A stretch of DNA of 64,000 nucleotides from Octopus sinensis (taxonomy: Eukaryota), in NCBI RefSeq assembly GCF_006345805.1, contig NC_043005.1:97154001-97218000 (forward strand), read 5' to 3'. The notes beneath the pieces are model-generated. The model was not told where the DNA came from. It made no database searches and saw only the letters and a list, made by a program, of their open reading frames with translations. Position 1 is the first letter of the stretch; each line of letters starts with the position of its first letter. A program made the position numbers and the translations under genes. This document shows, piece by piece, positions 11,620 to 22,369 of this stretch.

Positions 11620-12844
11620 ATAAACAAGTACGTCATATTTCTATATAGTCTCCTTCCTTTTCGATGCAATTCGTCCAGCGATCCACAAAGTTGCGTATTC
11701 CCTCCAAGAAGGTTTTCGGTTGGTCGTGCAACCATTTATGCACCGCTTCCTTCATATCTTCATCCGTAAACTATCTTTGAGCGGTCCAAAGATCTGATAG
11801 TTAGAAGGGGCGGGATCTGGGCTGCAGGCAGGGCGTTCCAGCACCTTAAAACCCAGTCGGTTAATGGTTTCAACCGCCTGGGCGGCCGTGTGTTGGCGTG
11901 CATTGACATGCAACAAGACATTCTTTGACAATAGGCTTTGATGTTTGGTACCAATTGCTGACTTCAGTTTATTGGCCAGCAAAGCATTGTACCTTGCACT
12001 GCTGATCGTACACCCCTTTCCAGGTGGTCTTCCAGTACAGATCCTTTTGAGTCCAAAAAAAGGCGTAGCATCACCCTTCCCGCGAAAGACTGAGTTTTGA
12101 ATATCTTCGTCGTTGGCGAACCAGGATGTTTCCACTCCATACTCTGTCCTTTAGATTCTCCCTCATGATGATGGACGCACTTTTCATCTCCTGTGACTAT
12201 TCTGCTCAAACATTCCTCGCCCTCACTGTCGTAGCGATCGAGTAAACGTTGGCAGACCCCTAGACGTTTGCGCTTGTACTCTTCACTTAGTTCTCTTGGC
12301 ACCCATCTTGCACAGACTTTATGGAAACCGAGCTCATCGTGGATGATTTGATTGGCAGACCCATGACTAATCTGCAGAGAACGAGCTACCTCATCGATGA
12401 TATGTCGCCGTTTCACCATGACCATCTCTCGAGCTTGCTGAATCTTCTCGTCAGTGTTGGAGGTTGACGGGTGTCCGGCTCCCTCTTTGCGCGTCACACT
12501 TGTCCGGCCACATTCAAACTTCTCGATCCACTCATACACACTTCTACGCGGTAGCGCACTGGCCCCGTATTGTGCTTAAAGCCTCCGATGAATTTCAGCA
12601 CCTGACTTACCTTCCGACCAGAGAAATCGGTTCACTGCTCTTTGTTCTTCTTTGGTGCTCATTGCTAGTGGAGCGGCCATGCTTACATTGTAAAGCGAGA
12701 AAGGAAAATGGTGCGATCAGGATCAAACTTCGACCACGTGACCACAATGGTACCAACTATAAGCACGCATGCGCAGAACGCAGTGTGATAATAATAAAGA
12801 TATGTTATGACGAAAGTGCGGATAATTTTTGGCTTCCCTTCGTA
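11620..12844 (-). mobile_element. Mariner (DD34D) transposon, frameshifted pseudogene; one TIR visible
   Basis: ORFs 11964-12539 and 11752-12135 give KVCARWVPREL, IVTGDEK, LLHVNARQH and CSPDPAPSNY; the C-terminus reads RWTNCIEKEGDYIE. TIR TACGAAGGGAAGCCAAAAATTATCCGCAC ends at 12844. Confidence 0.9.
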
Positions 12845-12849
12845 CATGA

Positions 12850-12985
12850 TAGGCTTCTATGCAGTTTCCGTCTACAAGATTTACTCACAAAACATTGCTA
12901 AGTCAGAGGCTATAGTAGAAGACGCTTGCCATGGTGCCGTGCAGTGGGACTGAACCCGAAACCACTTCTTAACCACACATCTAAA
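12850..12985 (-). mobile_element. SINE family A, 5' half
   Basis: Reverse complement of the family A head and core. Confidence 0.7.
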
Positions 12986-13099
12986 CCTGAGTGCGATCAC
13001 TTATTATCTTCACGTATTGGCCATGTAGAAGCATTGCATGCCATAGATTCTGCATGACATTATGTAGCGACACTTTTAGCTTACCTTTTAGATTTGACA

Positions 13100-15590
13100 C
13101 AAATTAGATTATCTCTCCAACTGCTCGTTATTTCAATCTCTGTTTAGTTTGTGTTGACTTCCTTGAAGACAGAAAACAGTTTTTTTCCACAATTCTGTAG
13201 CTATTTGCGTAAGATTTTCATATTCATCACTAGATAGTTTAGTTGTCCTACAATAGATGCATTATAATGCACAAGGTCTATTTTCATTCTTGGTAAATAT
13301 AATTTGACAATGTTAGGATTTGGATGTTCTAAATCAGGGATGAGGAAACCTCCGCCCGCGACTTGATATACTCGTATGTACAAAATGTAGTAATTTTTTC
13401 AATTATAAAATTTGGTAATCGTTCAGTTTACGTTCGTAAAATCAAAACCTATTGTTGACAACATTGATAACTTATATTTTAGTTTCAGTTGTTTTTGTTC
13501 TTGTTTTTTCTCAGTTCTTGTTTATTTATATCTTTTTTTTTTTAGTCATACTTTTAGCTGCAAGTCTGTTTTATGAAAGGAAAGAAGAAATCAGTAAGAA
13601 ATGATAGCTAGATAACCAGTCAGAAAGACGGGTTTATGTATAAGAACGACAGATTTGTGTGAGATTTATAAAACTAACTAGTTTTATAAGTCGAGTAAAT
13701 AATCATTTTTTTCCAAAGCGAAGCTAGAAATTAGCTGTAAATAACAGATAAAGATGACGAGGAGTGACAAGAGTGAATAAAGTATCAGATAACATGCTTT
13801 GGTGTATTTAGTTATGTCCCTTTACTTTCCTCTACGAACGTAAATTGAACAATTACTTTAAAATTTATACAATACCCGTATGTCTATTTGCGACATAGGT
13901 CGCAGTTCCACGGTCAGACTCGAACAGAAATCGTCTGGTAATTGCCATTTCAATAGAAATTTTGTTTTCACTATAAAATGTATATTGCTAGGTTTGTACC
14001 AACCCCTTGAGAACCAACTACACTCTAACTGAGAAAACTAAAAATATATTGCATGTATCCAAATTAATTTTTAAATGAAATGAAAGCTGAAGGATTGTAG
14101 AAAATACTATGCAAAAAGTTCACTTCTGTAGTTAGTACTCTGTCAGATTCTAATACTCCTAGATACTTATAACTCTCCTCCTTTCAATGATTTTAATGCC
14201 TGGCCATCTGGTAATTGGATGCCTTCACTCTTGACTACTTTGCTTTAACTAGTATTTTCCCTATCATCCTGTAAAAATTGGGGGGGGGGTTGAAAATGCT
14301 GTAGTCCTTGAAGAATCTAACGCGCTTTTCATACCTTGCCATGCGGGCAACTTTAGCACATGCCTTTTGTTTGATGGTTTCTATGGTGGATTCAATGTCA
14401 AATATGGTTTTCATATTATATTTTTTCTTTAATTTTCGGGCTTTTGTAGGTTTGATAGTCTTGTTAAACTTAAAATTTTTCAAACATTCTATGTCAGACC
14501 TAAGTAGCTTAATTGTTGAATATGCTCTTGCCAAGAAGGCTTTTTGTAGGGTTGTTCTCGTTTTCTAGTCTTTTCCCCACATAGAATTGTTGAGATTTTC
14601 GCAGATGCATAGTACAGGTGGTTGCATAGTACATAATAGTACAGGTGGTTGAGATCTGTAATATCAACATCATTAGCTGACATTATATCCTTAAGTGCAA
14701 GGCGGATTTTACCAATTATTTTCAGGTTTTGGTTAGAATTGCGAATTTTTGGGAGAGTATCACGTTCATTCATATCGGTTCCTTTAATTTTCAGCCATTC
14801 AATCATGATTTGATTTTTTTAGATCATGTAATTCTGTTGGGTCAATTTTTATGTGACTTTCTTCATCTATTTGATTTTCATCTGCCTTAGTGTTTATGGT
14901 TGGTTCCGCTGCCCTAACCAGGATCGCGGTTTCGATTCCCAGACCGGGCGTTGTAAGTGTTTATTGAGCGAAAGCACCTAAAAGATCTACGAGGCTCCGG
15001 CAGGGGATGGTGGTGATCCCTGCTGTACTCTTTCACCACAACTTTCTCTCACTCTTACTTCCTGTTTCTGTTGTACCTGTATTTCAAAGGGCCGGCCTTG
15101 TCACTCTCTGTGTCACGCTGAATATCCCCGAGAACTACGTTAAGGGTACACGTGTCTGTGGAGTGCTCAGCCACTTACACGTTAATTTCACGAGCAGGCT
15201 GTTCCGTTGATCGGATCAACCGGAACTCTCGTCGTCGTAACCGGCGGAGTGCTTCCATGGTTGGTTCAGAGAGTATTTCACTTTGTTTATTAGTTATATT
15301 AATTCTTTCAATCGTTATTGCCTTTTCATCAGCCCTGGGCTAGTCTATAATTATTTCCTCTGTAGTATCTTCTTTAGCTGCAACTTCGTTCTTTTTATCC
15401 TTTACTGCTTGTTTAATTTGGTCAATCTCCATTTAGTAATTTTTTTTTTCATAATGTTTCTTCTGACGTTGGCAAGTTTGTTACTGTCTATGTAGGTTTT
15501 TACTTCAAGGTCTTTCTGTCTCCAGTTTAAGTAGGTTTCTACAGAATTAGATTTATTTGTGGGGAAAAGTTCAAATGCCATTGAGGTTAA
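13100..15590 (-). mobile_element. Old, internally deleted R4/Dong-type LINE
   Basis: Fragments KLANVRRNI (N-terminus), IKQKACAKVARMARYEKR, PDGQALKSLK..SYKYLGVLESD and HPNPNIVKLYLPR are colinear with the younger copy at 15758-19516. Confidence 0.7.
14898..15254 (+). mobile_element. tRNA-head SINE family C inserted in the old Dong copy
   Basis: GGTTTCGATTCCC B-box-like motif; GC-rich body interrupts the AT-rich LINE remnant. Confidence 0.6.
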
Positions 15591-15709
15591 ACTTTGCATT
15601 TCATTCTTTCAGGGTCGATAAAATAAAGTATCAATCAAGTATTGAGGTTGATGTAATCAACTAACCACCTCCCTCTGAAATTGCTAGTCTTGTGCCAAAA
15701 TTTAAAACA

Positions 15710-15757
<48 letters not shown>

Positions 15758-15760
<3 letters not shown>

Positions 15761-18700
15761 TAGTTTTATTTTTATAGCGTGCTTTCACTTCACTACCGAG
15801 CGCAGCTCTGTGTGCCTTGGGTATGTGCTGTGATTTGTTGTGATGCTCTGATGGTTACTGTATTGAAAGTGTTCTGCGTAGGATGTGTGCAGTGCCCAGT
15901 AGTGCAATTTTCTGTATGTTATATGTGTTTGTAAGTCCTGGTGTTTTTGTTATGTATTTGTCTGAATATTTTTTTATCATGCCTAGTGCACCTACTATGA
16001 TAGGAATTGTTTCTGTTTTTAGATTCCACATTCTAGTTACCTCTATTTCCAGGTCTTTGTATTTTGAAAGTTTCTCCATTTCTTTTAGGGACACGTTGTC
16101 ATCTGCTGGTATTGATACATCAATTATAAAGCAGTTTTTTTTCTTCATGATCTCTGACAACTATATCTGGTCTGTTGGCCTTAATTTCTCTATCTGTGTG
16201 TATTGGCATATCCCAGAGTATAGTTGCTTTCTCGTTTTCTGTGACCTTCTCTGGTGTATGCCTATACCATCTTTTTTCTGTTGTTATTCCATAATGTTGG
16301 CATAGCTTCCAATGTATGTAGGTCCCAACTCTGTCGTGTCTGTGAATATATTCCTTCTTAGCCAGGACTGGGCAACCAGAAATAATATGATTTATTGTTT
16401 CTTGTCCATCTCCACATATTCTGCAGTTACTTGTTATATTTCTTTTCATTACATGTTTTTGGTAATTCCTGGTGGGGAGGCTTTGGTCTTGTGCGGCAAT
16501 TAAAAATCCCTCTGTCTCTGCTTTGAGTCCTGAGCTTCTCAACCACTGCTGGGATTTTTCTTTGTCTATTTCTTTTGCATTTAGTTTAGTCCAGTATTTG
16601 CCATGAAGGGGTTTTTCTTGCCATCGTTTTATCATGGTCCGTTGCAGTTCTAGTTTTAGTTTGGATTTCATTTGCTTTATAGCTTTTGTTGTGTTTTCTT
16701 CTTCTTCATATTTGTTAGGTGGTATGATTTCTTGTTTGTATTTGTCAGCTTCCTTAAATACTGAGAACCATTTTTTGTTTTGCTCGTGTTTTGCCGCTAT
16801 TTGTATCAGTTTTCCTTGCTTCTGAATTAGGGATTTTTGCAGTCCTATGGTGGTTATTTTATAGTAATTTTCCAGCTTTATAAGGCCTCTGCCACCTTCT
16901 ATACGTTGTATATATAGCCATTCTATGTCAGATTTTGGGTGATGCATCCTAGATCCTGTCATTATTTTTCTATTTTGGTTAGTCCATTTAGCGTCCAGCT
17001 AAGGATATTGTAGCTGTAACATATGACTGGGACAGCTAAAGTGTTGATACCTATTATCTTATTTTTAGCATTCAGCTCTGTTTTTAGTATTGATCTAACT
17101 CGTCTATAGTATTCTTTCTTTATTTTCTCTTTCATTTGTGTGTGTTGTGTCATCTAGTACATGGATTCCTAAATATTTGTAAGTTTGGCTTTGGTCTAAT
17201 TTTCTTATTTCATTCGCTTTATCTAGTGTGATGTTGCTGCTCTTAACTAGTTTTCCTCTTTTCAGGGTTACTTTGGCGCATTTTTCTAATCCATATTTCA
17301 TATCTATTTCTTTGGTGAATCCATGAACTGTCTTTAGTAGTGTTTCCAGCGGTTTGTCATTTGTAGCGTATAGTAAGTCATCCATATATAAAAGGTGGCT
17401 GATCGTCTTGCCGTAACATTTATATCCGCATCCAGTTCTATTTAGCATATCAGATAGAGGTGACAGTTCCAAGCAGAAAAGGAGTAGAGAGAGCGTGTCT
17501 CCCTGGAATATTCCTCTTCTAAAGGGGATGGATTTGGTTTTCACGAGTCCCCCTTTTGTTTGGAGTTGTAGCACTGTTTGCCATTTATTCATAGAGTGTC
17601 CTATGTATTTTATAATTGTTTGTGCTACTTTGTTAATGGCTAGTGTTTCGTGGATCCATGTGTGGGGGATGCTATCAAACGCCTTTCTGTATTCAATCCA
17701 GGCCATACTGAGTACTTTCTTCTTTCTGTGGCTGTCTTCAGTTATGGCTTTATTGATCATTAGTTGATCTTTACAGCCATATGAGCCTTTGCGACATCCT
17801 TTCTGCTCTTCTGGAAACAGGTTGTTTTCGTCCAGGTGCTTGTTTAATCTTTGTGATATTACTGCAGTGAATACTTTGTATATTGTAGGGAGACAGGTTA
17901 TAGGTCTGTATTTTTCTGGTTTTGCTGTCTCATTTGATTTGGGAATTAAGATGGTTTTCCCCTTCGTGAGCCAATCAGGCATTGTCTCTGGCTCTGCCAG
18001 TATGTTGTTAAAGTTTTCAGCCAGCTTTTTGTGCATTCCTGTCAGATATTTCAACCAGAAGTTGGGGATCTTGTCATGCCCAGGTGCCTTCCAGTTGCTT
18101 AGTCTTTGCAGTGCCTGGGTGACCTCTTCAGTTGTTGTGGGGGTCCAAAGTTGCTCACATGCTGAGTTTGTTGATTTAATACTCCTTTTTTTTTTGTTCT
18201 TTCGCCAACCATATTTCTCTCCAGAATTCTTCCAATTCTTCTGCCGTTGGTGCTGCAGTGATGTGTATTTTATTTTTGCCAAATTCTTGGTAGAACTTTT
18301 TAGGGTTGGAGTTGAATTGTTTGTTTTGTTCAAAGAAACGTTGGCGTTTCTCATACCGGCGGATCCTTTGTGCTTTGGCAAGGATATCTTGCTTTAGCTT
18401 TTCTTCTATCTCAGGTAAATCTTTTTCTGTGATGTTATATTTGCACAGTATTTTTTGTTTTCTTTTTGTTGCTTAGTAGCGTTGAATGTCTACTGATTTC
18501 ATTAAGAATCGACAGATCTTTTCTAATTTTTTGTATTTTGTTTTTGGATATTATTTATCTACTGGGTTTGTTTGGGTGGTGGTACTCCTGTCTGGATGGG
18601 TTTGAGGGAGTATCCAGCTTCTTTTGTGGCTGCAGTGGCTGCTGCGTATATTAAGTCATTTAGCTCAGTGATATCGCTATTTTTTCAATGGCTATTAGTT

Positions 18701-19516
18701 CTGTGATGGCTAGGTTTATGCTGTTTATAATTGATGTTATTTTTTTGTCTATTTTGATTTTTGGGAGGTATGGTCGGTGGTCCATTTTGAGATCTGTGTT
18801 TTTCAGTTCTTTGATTATTCTACTTTTTATAGTATCATAATCATTAAGCTCCCCTTCGTTGTTTCCAGGTTTTAGATTTGTCTCACTTTCTTTCTCATTC
18901 GTATGTTTGTCTATCGTGTTTTGGCTTGCTGCTTGTCGTGCATTATTATGCATCCCTATGGTCTGGGTTTGTTGTTTGTTTACATCGTTTGTGTTGGAAA
19001 TGCTACGTTTGTCTTCGTGTTTTACTATCTCAGTGTTTATATTATTTAGCATTGTTGTGCGGCTTCTATCTACATTTTCCTGATGTATTTTTTCTTTTAA
19101 ATGTTCTATTTCTATTTCTGATATTTTTTTTTTGCGTTGAGAATATATCTTCGTACGTTAGCTAGTTTATTAGGGTTCATTGCTGTATCCAAGTCTTTGT
19201 TTATGTTATTTTTCTTCCATATTTTATATGTATATGTTGTTGTGTTTTCGTTCTTTGGGTAGAGCACTGCTGTAAAGTAAGCGTGTAGGATTGAAATGTA
19301 TTCCTCACGTGTCCATTTATGCCTTTTTGGTTTTAATTGCGGGACGTGAGGAACAACTTCCGGCCCATTATTTTGACGGTCGTCATTTTCGTAGGGTACC
19401 GGTCCGTTCATTTCTTTTATCACATTGTTTTGAACGTGTAGTTTTTCGTACTTTTGGTGTAACAAATTAAAAGTACGTACTTCCCGATTGTTATTCTTGG
19501 GTTGAATAATACCGGT
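15758..19516 (-). mobile_element. Near-full-length R4/Dong-clade non-LTR retrotransposon (RT + CCHC + restriction-like endonuclease), frameshifted, between (TAA)n arrays
   Basis: RT motifs YRPITCLPTIYK, EEQKGCR, GIFQGDTLS and LLYMDD; CRICGDGQETINHIISGC knuckle; NRPDIVV and IIDVSIP..KYKDL nuclease motifs. (TTA)n lies at both ends. Confidence 0.92.
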
Positions 19517-19538
19517 ATTATTATTATTATTATTATTA

Positions 19539-19589
<51 letters not shown>

Positions 19590-19590
<1 letters not shown>

Positions 19591-19905
19591 TTTTTTTTCT
19601 TCTTTCAAATTTGCTTCCATTTCTTGCCGAGTGTCTTCCCGACTCCTAGGGCAAAGAAACTCATAGTATACATTGGTAAGCCATTAAACCAAACTCAATA
19701 GTTCGTTCATTTTTTTTTTTTTTTTTAAGTTAAATTAAAATACATGAGCAGCAACAGTTCTCACATCGACAATGCTCTTCTGAATACGTGTGATGTACCA
19801 GTTAAGACAATCTTTTGCACTTCTTGCAGGGATGGTAAGCCAGGGATCATTCTCATATAATTTTCGGTTCCCTTCTTGATCATTCCTAGTGCTCCTACGA
19901 TCACA
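19590..19905 (-). mobile_element. 5'-truncated Dong 3' end, second subfamily
   Basis: VIVGALGMIKKGTENYMRMIPGLPSLQEVQKIVLTGTSHVFRRALSM* followed by a 3' UTR ending directly in (TAA)n. Confidence 0.8.
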
Positions 19906-19924
19906 TGATTTTAATAAGCCATTA

Positions 19925-20240
19925 AGTGCTTAGAACCCTTCCGATGGCCTTTTCTGCTCCTAAGAGGCAAACCCTCTGTAGGAGCTCTACAGAATACACC
20001 ATTCCAATTCCTTTTACGCATCTGTCTATTTCATCACTACAGTTCCTAAAGGACCAGTTACCACAAGCACGATCTTTACAGATTTCATCCGTTTCTTCAC
20101 ATTTCTGCTCATCGTCGTCGCTGTCACCACCATCGTCCTCGTCATCGTCATCATCATCATTACCATCGTCGTCCGTTATTTCTCGTTCCAGACAAATACT
20201 TTCTCGTCCTCGCTTGCAGTGACTTCCATTTCTAAGAGTA
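19925..20240 (-). mobile_element. Highly decayed Dong 3' end with an inserted GAT/GAC repeat
   Basis: MKSVKIVLVVTGPLGTV and ELLQRVCLLGAEKAIGRVLST* resemble the Dong C-terminus. Confidence 0.55.
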
Positions 20241-20659
20241 TACAGTAACTTTTATTGAAAACCTGAAGGGATGACATAAGCAATTGAGTGGTGCTGGGTG
20301 CGGAAGTGATTCATGGAACAACAGGCAGAGATGATGGCGATGATGGTGATGATGTTACTATAGAATTCTTTATATGAATGCAATGAAAGAAAAAAAAGAA
20401 ACTGGCTTAATCTTTCCAGCATGTCACAGAAATTATATCGGGAGTGTTACATATAAATCGAGAGAGAGAAAGAGAGAGAAGGAAAGACGAGAAAGAGGAG
20501 AAATAAAGGAAACCGGAGAGAAAGTGGGAGGAAATTGGATATACATATATGTATGTATCTATGCATGCATGTGTGTGTGTGTGTGTGTGTGTGTATATAC
20601 ACATACATAGAGAGACAGGTCGAAGAAAGAAAAAGGATGATGAGAAGAAACTAAGGAAG

Positions 20660-20660
20660 T

Positions 20661-20724
<64 letters not shown>

Positions 20725-20826
20725 CAGTAGTAGTAATAGCAGCAGCAGCAGCGGCAGCGGCAGCAGCTCAGCTGACATATTAGAAACGGGAACATGGTAA
20801 AATGAAGTAATGGAAAGAAAGAGAAA

Positions 20827-20894
<68 letters not shown>

Positions 20895-20895
20895 G
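20660..20895. repeat. (GTA)n/(GCA)n and (GAAA)n microsatellites
   Basis: Direct inspection; explains the poly-S/L/Y and FLS/RKKE ORFs. Confidence 0.9.
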
Positions 20896-21479
20896 AAAGA
20901 GAAAAGAAAGAACAAAGGAGAGAGAGAGAGAAAGGGAAACGATGAAAATAAGAATAAAAGAACGAAGGAAAAGAATAGAGAAAACGAAAAAGAGAAGGAA
21001 ACGAGGAAAGGGAAGAAGCGGAATAAACCAATCCTCTCCATATCTTCCACATCAATATTATCCTGCGTGTTTCTACGTTTTTGTTTGTTTTGTCCGTGTG
21101 TTACGCTTACGCGAATGGAGGAAATAATCCGAAGGGGAGACAAAGACACAGAGAGAGGTGGGGAGAGAGTCTGTATTATTCTACATTTGTGTTTTCAAAT
21201 CGCAGGCAAAATTGAAATGAAACAATTTCAGGAAGATCTCTGAATTTACGCATATCGGTAGATAGTGGGATTAAAGTGAAATATTCTTAGCAAATAGCTG
21301 TGGATGTTACGCATTTTTCTTTTACATATTCCAGACCAAAGTTTGCAAACATGAATGGGGGACCACAATTATTCTTTCCTTTCTTCTTTCTTTCTTTTTT
21401 TTTTTTTGTTATTTGGCTTAAATGCTTATTGGTATAATCGGAGTAGAGATACAGAACGAAAGGTAGAGAATTAAATAGT

Positions 21480-21506
21480 TAGATAGATAGATATATAGAT
21501 AGACAT

Positions 21507-21597
<91 letters not shown>

Positions 21598-21614
21598 GAT
21601 AGATAGATATATGC

Positions 21615-21662
<48 letters not shown>
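21480..21662. repeat. (GATA)n followed by (TA)n
   Basis: Direct inspection. Confidence 0.95.
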
Positions 21663-21664
<2 letters not shown>

Positions 21665-21666
<2 letters not shown>

Positions 21667-22055
21667 TGTGTGGTAAGTAGCTTGCTAACCAACCACATGG
21701 TTCCGGGTTCAGTCCCACTGCGTGGCATCTTGGGCAAGTGTCTTCTGCTATAGCCCCGGGCCGACCAATGCCTTGTGAGTGGATTTGGTAGACGGAAACT
21801 GAAAGAAGCCTGTTGTATATATGTATATATATATGTGTGTGTGTGTGTATGTGTGTGTGTATGTCTGTGTTTGTCCCCCTAGCATTGCTTGACAACCGAT
21901 GCTGGTGTGTTTACGTCCCCGTCGCCTAGCGGTTCGGCAAAAGAGACCGATAGAATAAGTACTGGGCTTACAAAGAATAAGTCCCAGGGTCGATTTACTC
22001 GACTTAAGGTGGTGCTCCAGCATGGCCGCAGTCAAATGACTGAAACAAGTAAAAA
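21665..22055 (+). mobile_element. SINE family A, near full length
   Basis: Matches 8861-9202, with an internal (TA/TG)n. Confidence 0.85.
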
Positions 22056-22369
22056 AAAAAATATATGTATGTATGTATATATATATATATATATCCACAT
22101 AACCAAACTAAAACTCTACCACCAAACATCCACCCTTGGAACCAACCATACAAACCTAACAAACAACAAATGCACTACGGAGGAAACAACTACCAACACA
22201 ATATACCTGATGAACTAAGACGGAACACTAGGTACAACAGCACACTTCAGAACAGAGCACCACAAACTCACTCTGACAATTATAACAACATGAGACAGAT
22301 AAATAGTAGTTTTGAACATAACTACACCAACCATTTTTTAGACCTTACACACAGGAACAGGGACACACG

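Noticed and set aside
15883-18397. Plus-strand ORFs such as 17789-18397 and 15883-16305
   Set aside because: Antisense shadows of the Dong ORF.
19440-19520. HDV-like ribozyme at the Dong 5' end
   Set aside because: No nested double-pseudoknot pattern is visible; the 5' region is short and AT-rich.
22207-22235. CTGATGA upstream of the PLE ORF as a hammerhead
   Set aside because: No GAAA, stem II or stem I partner; it lies in the putative N-terminal coding frame.
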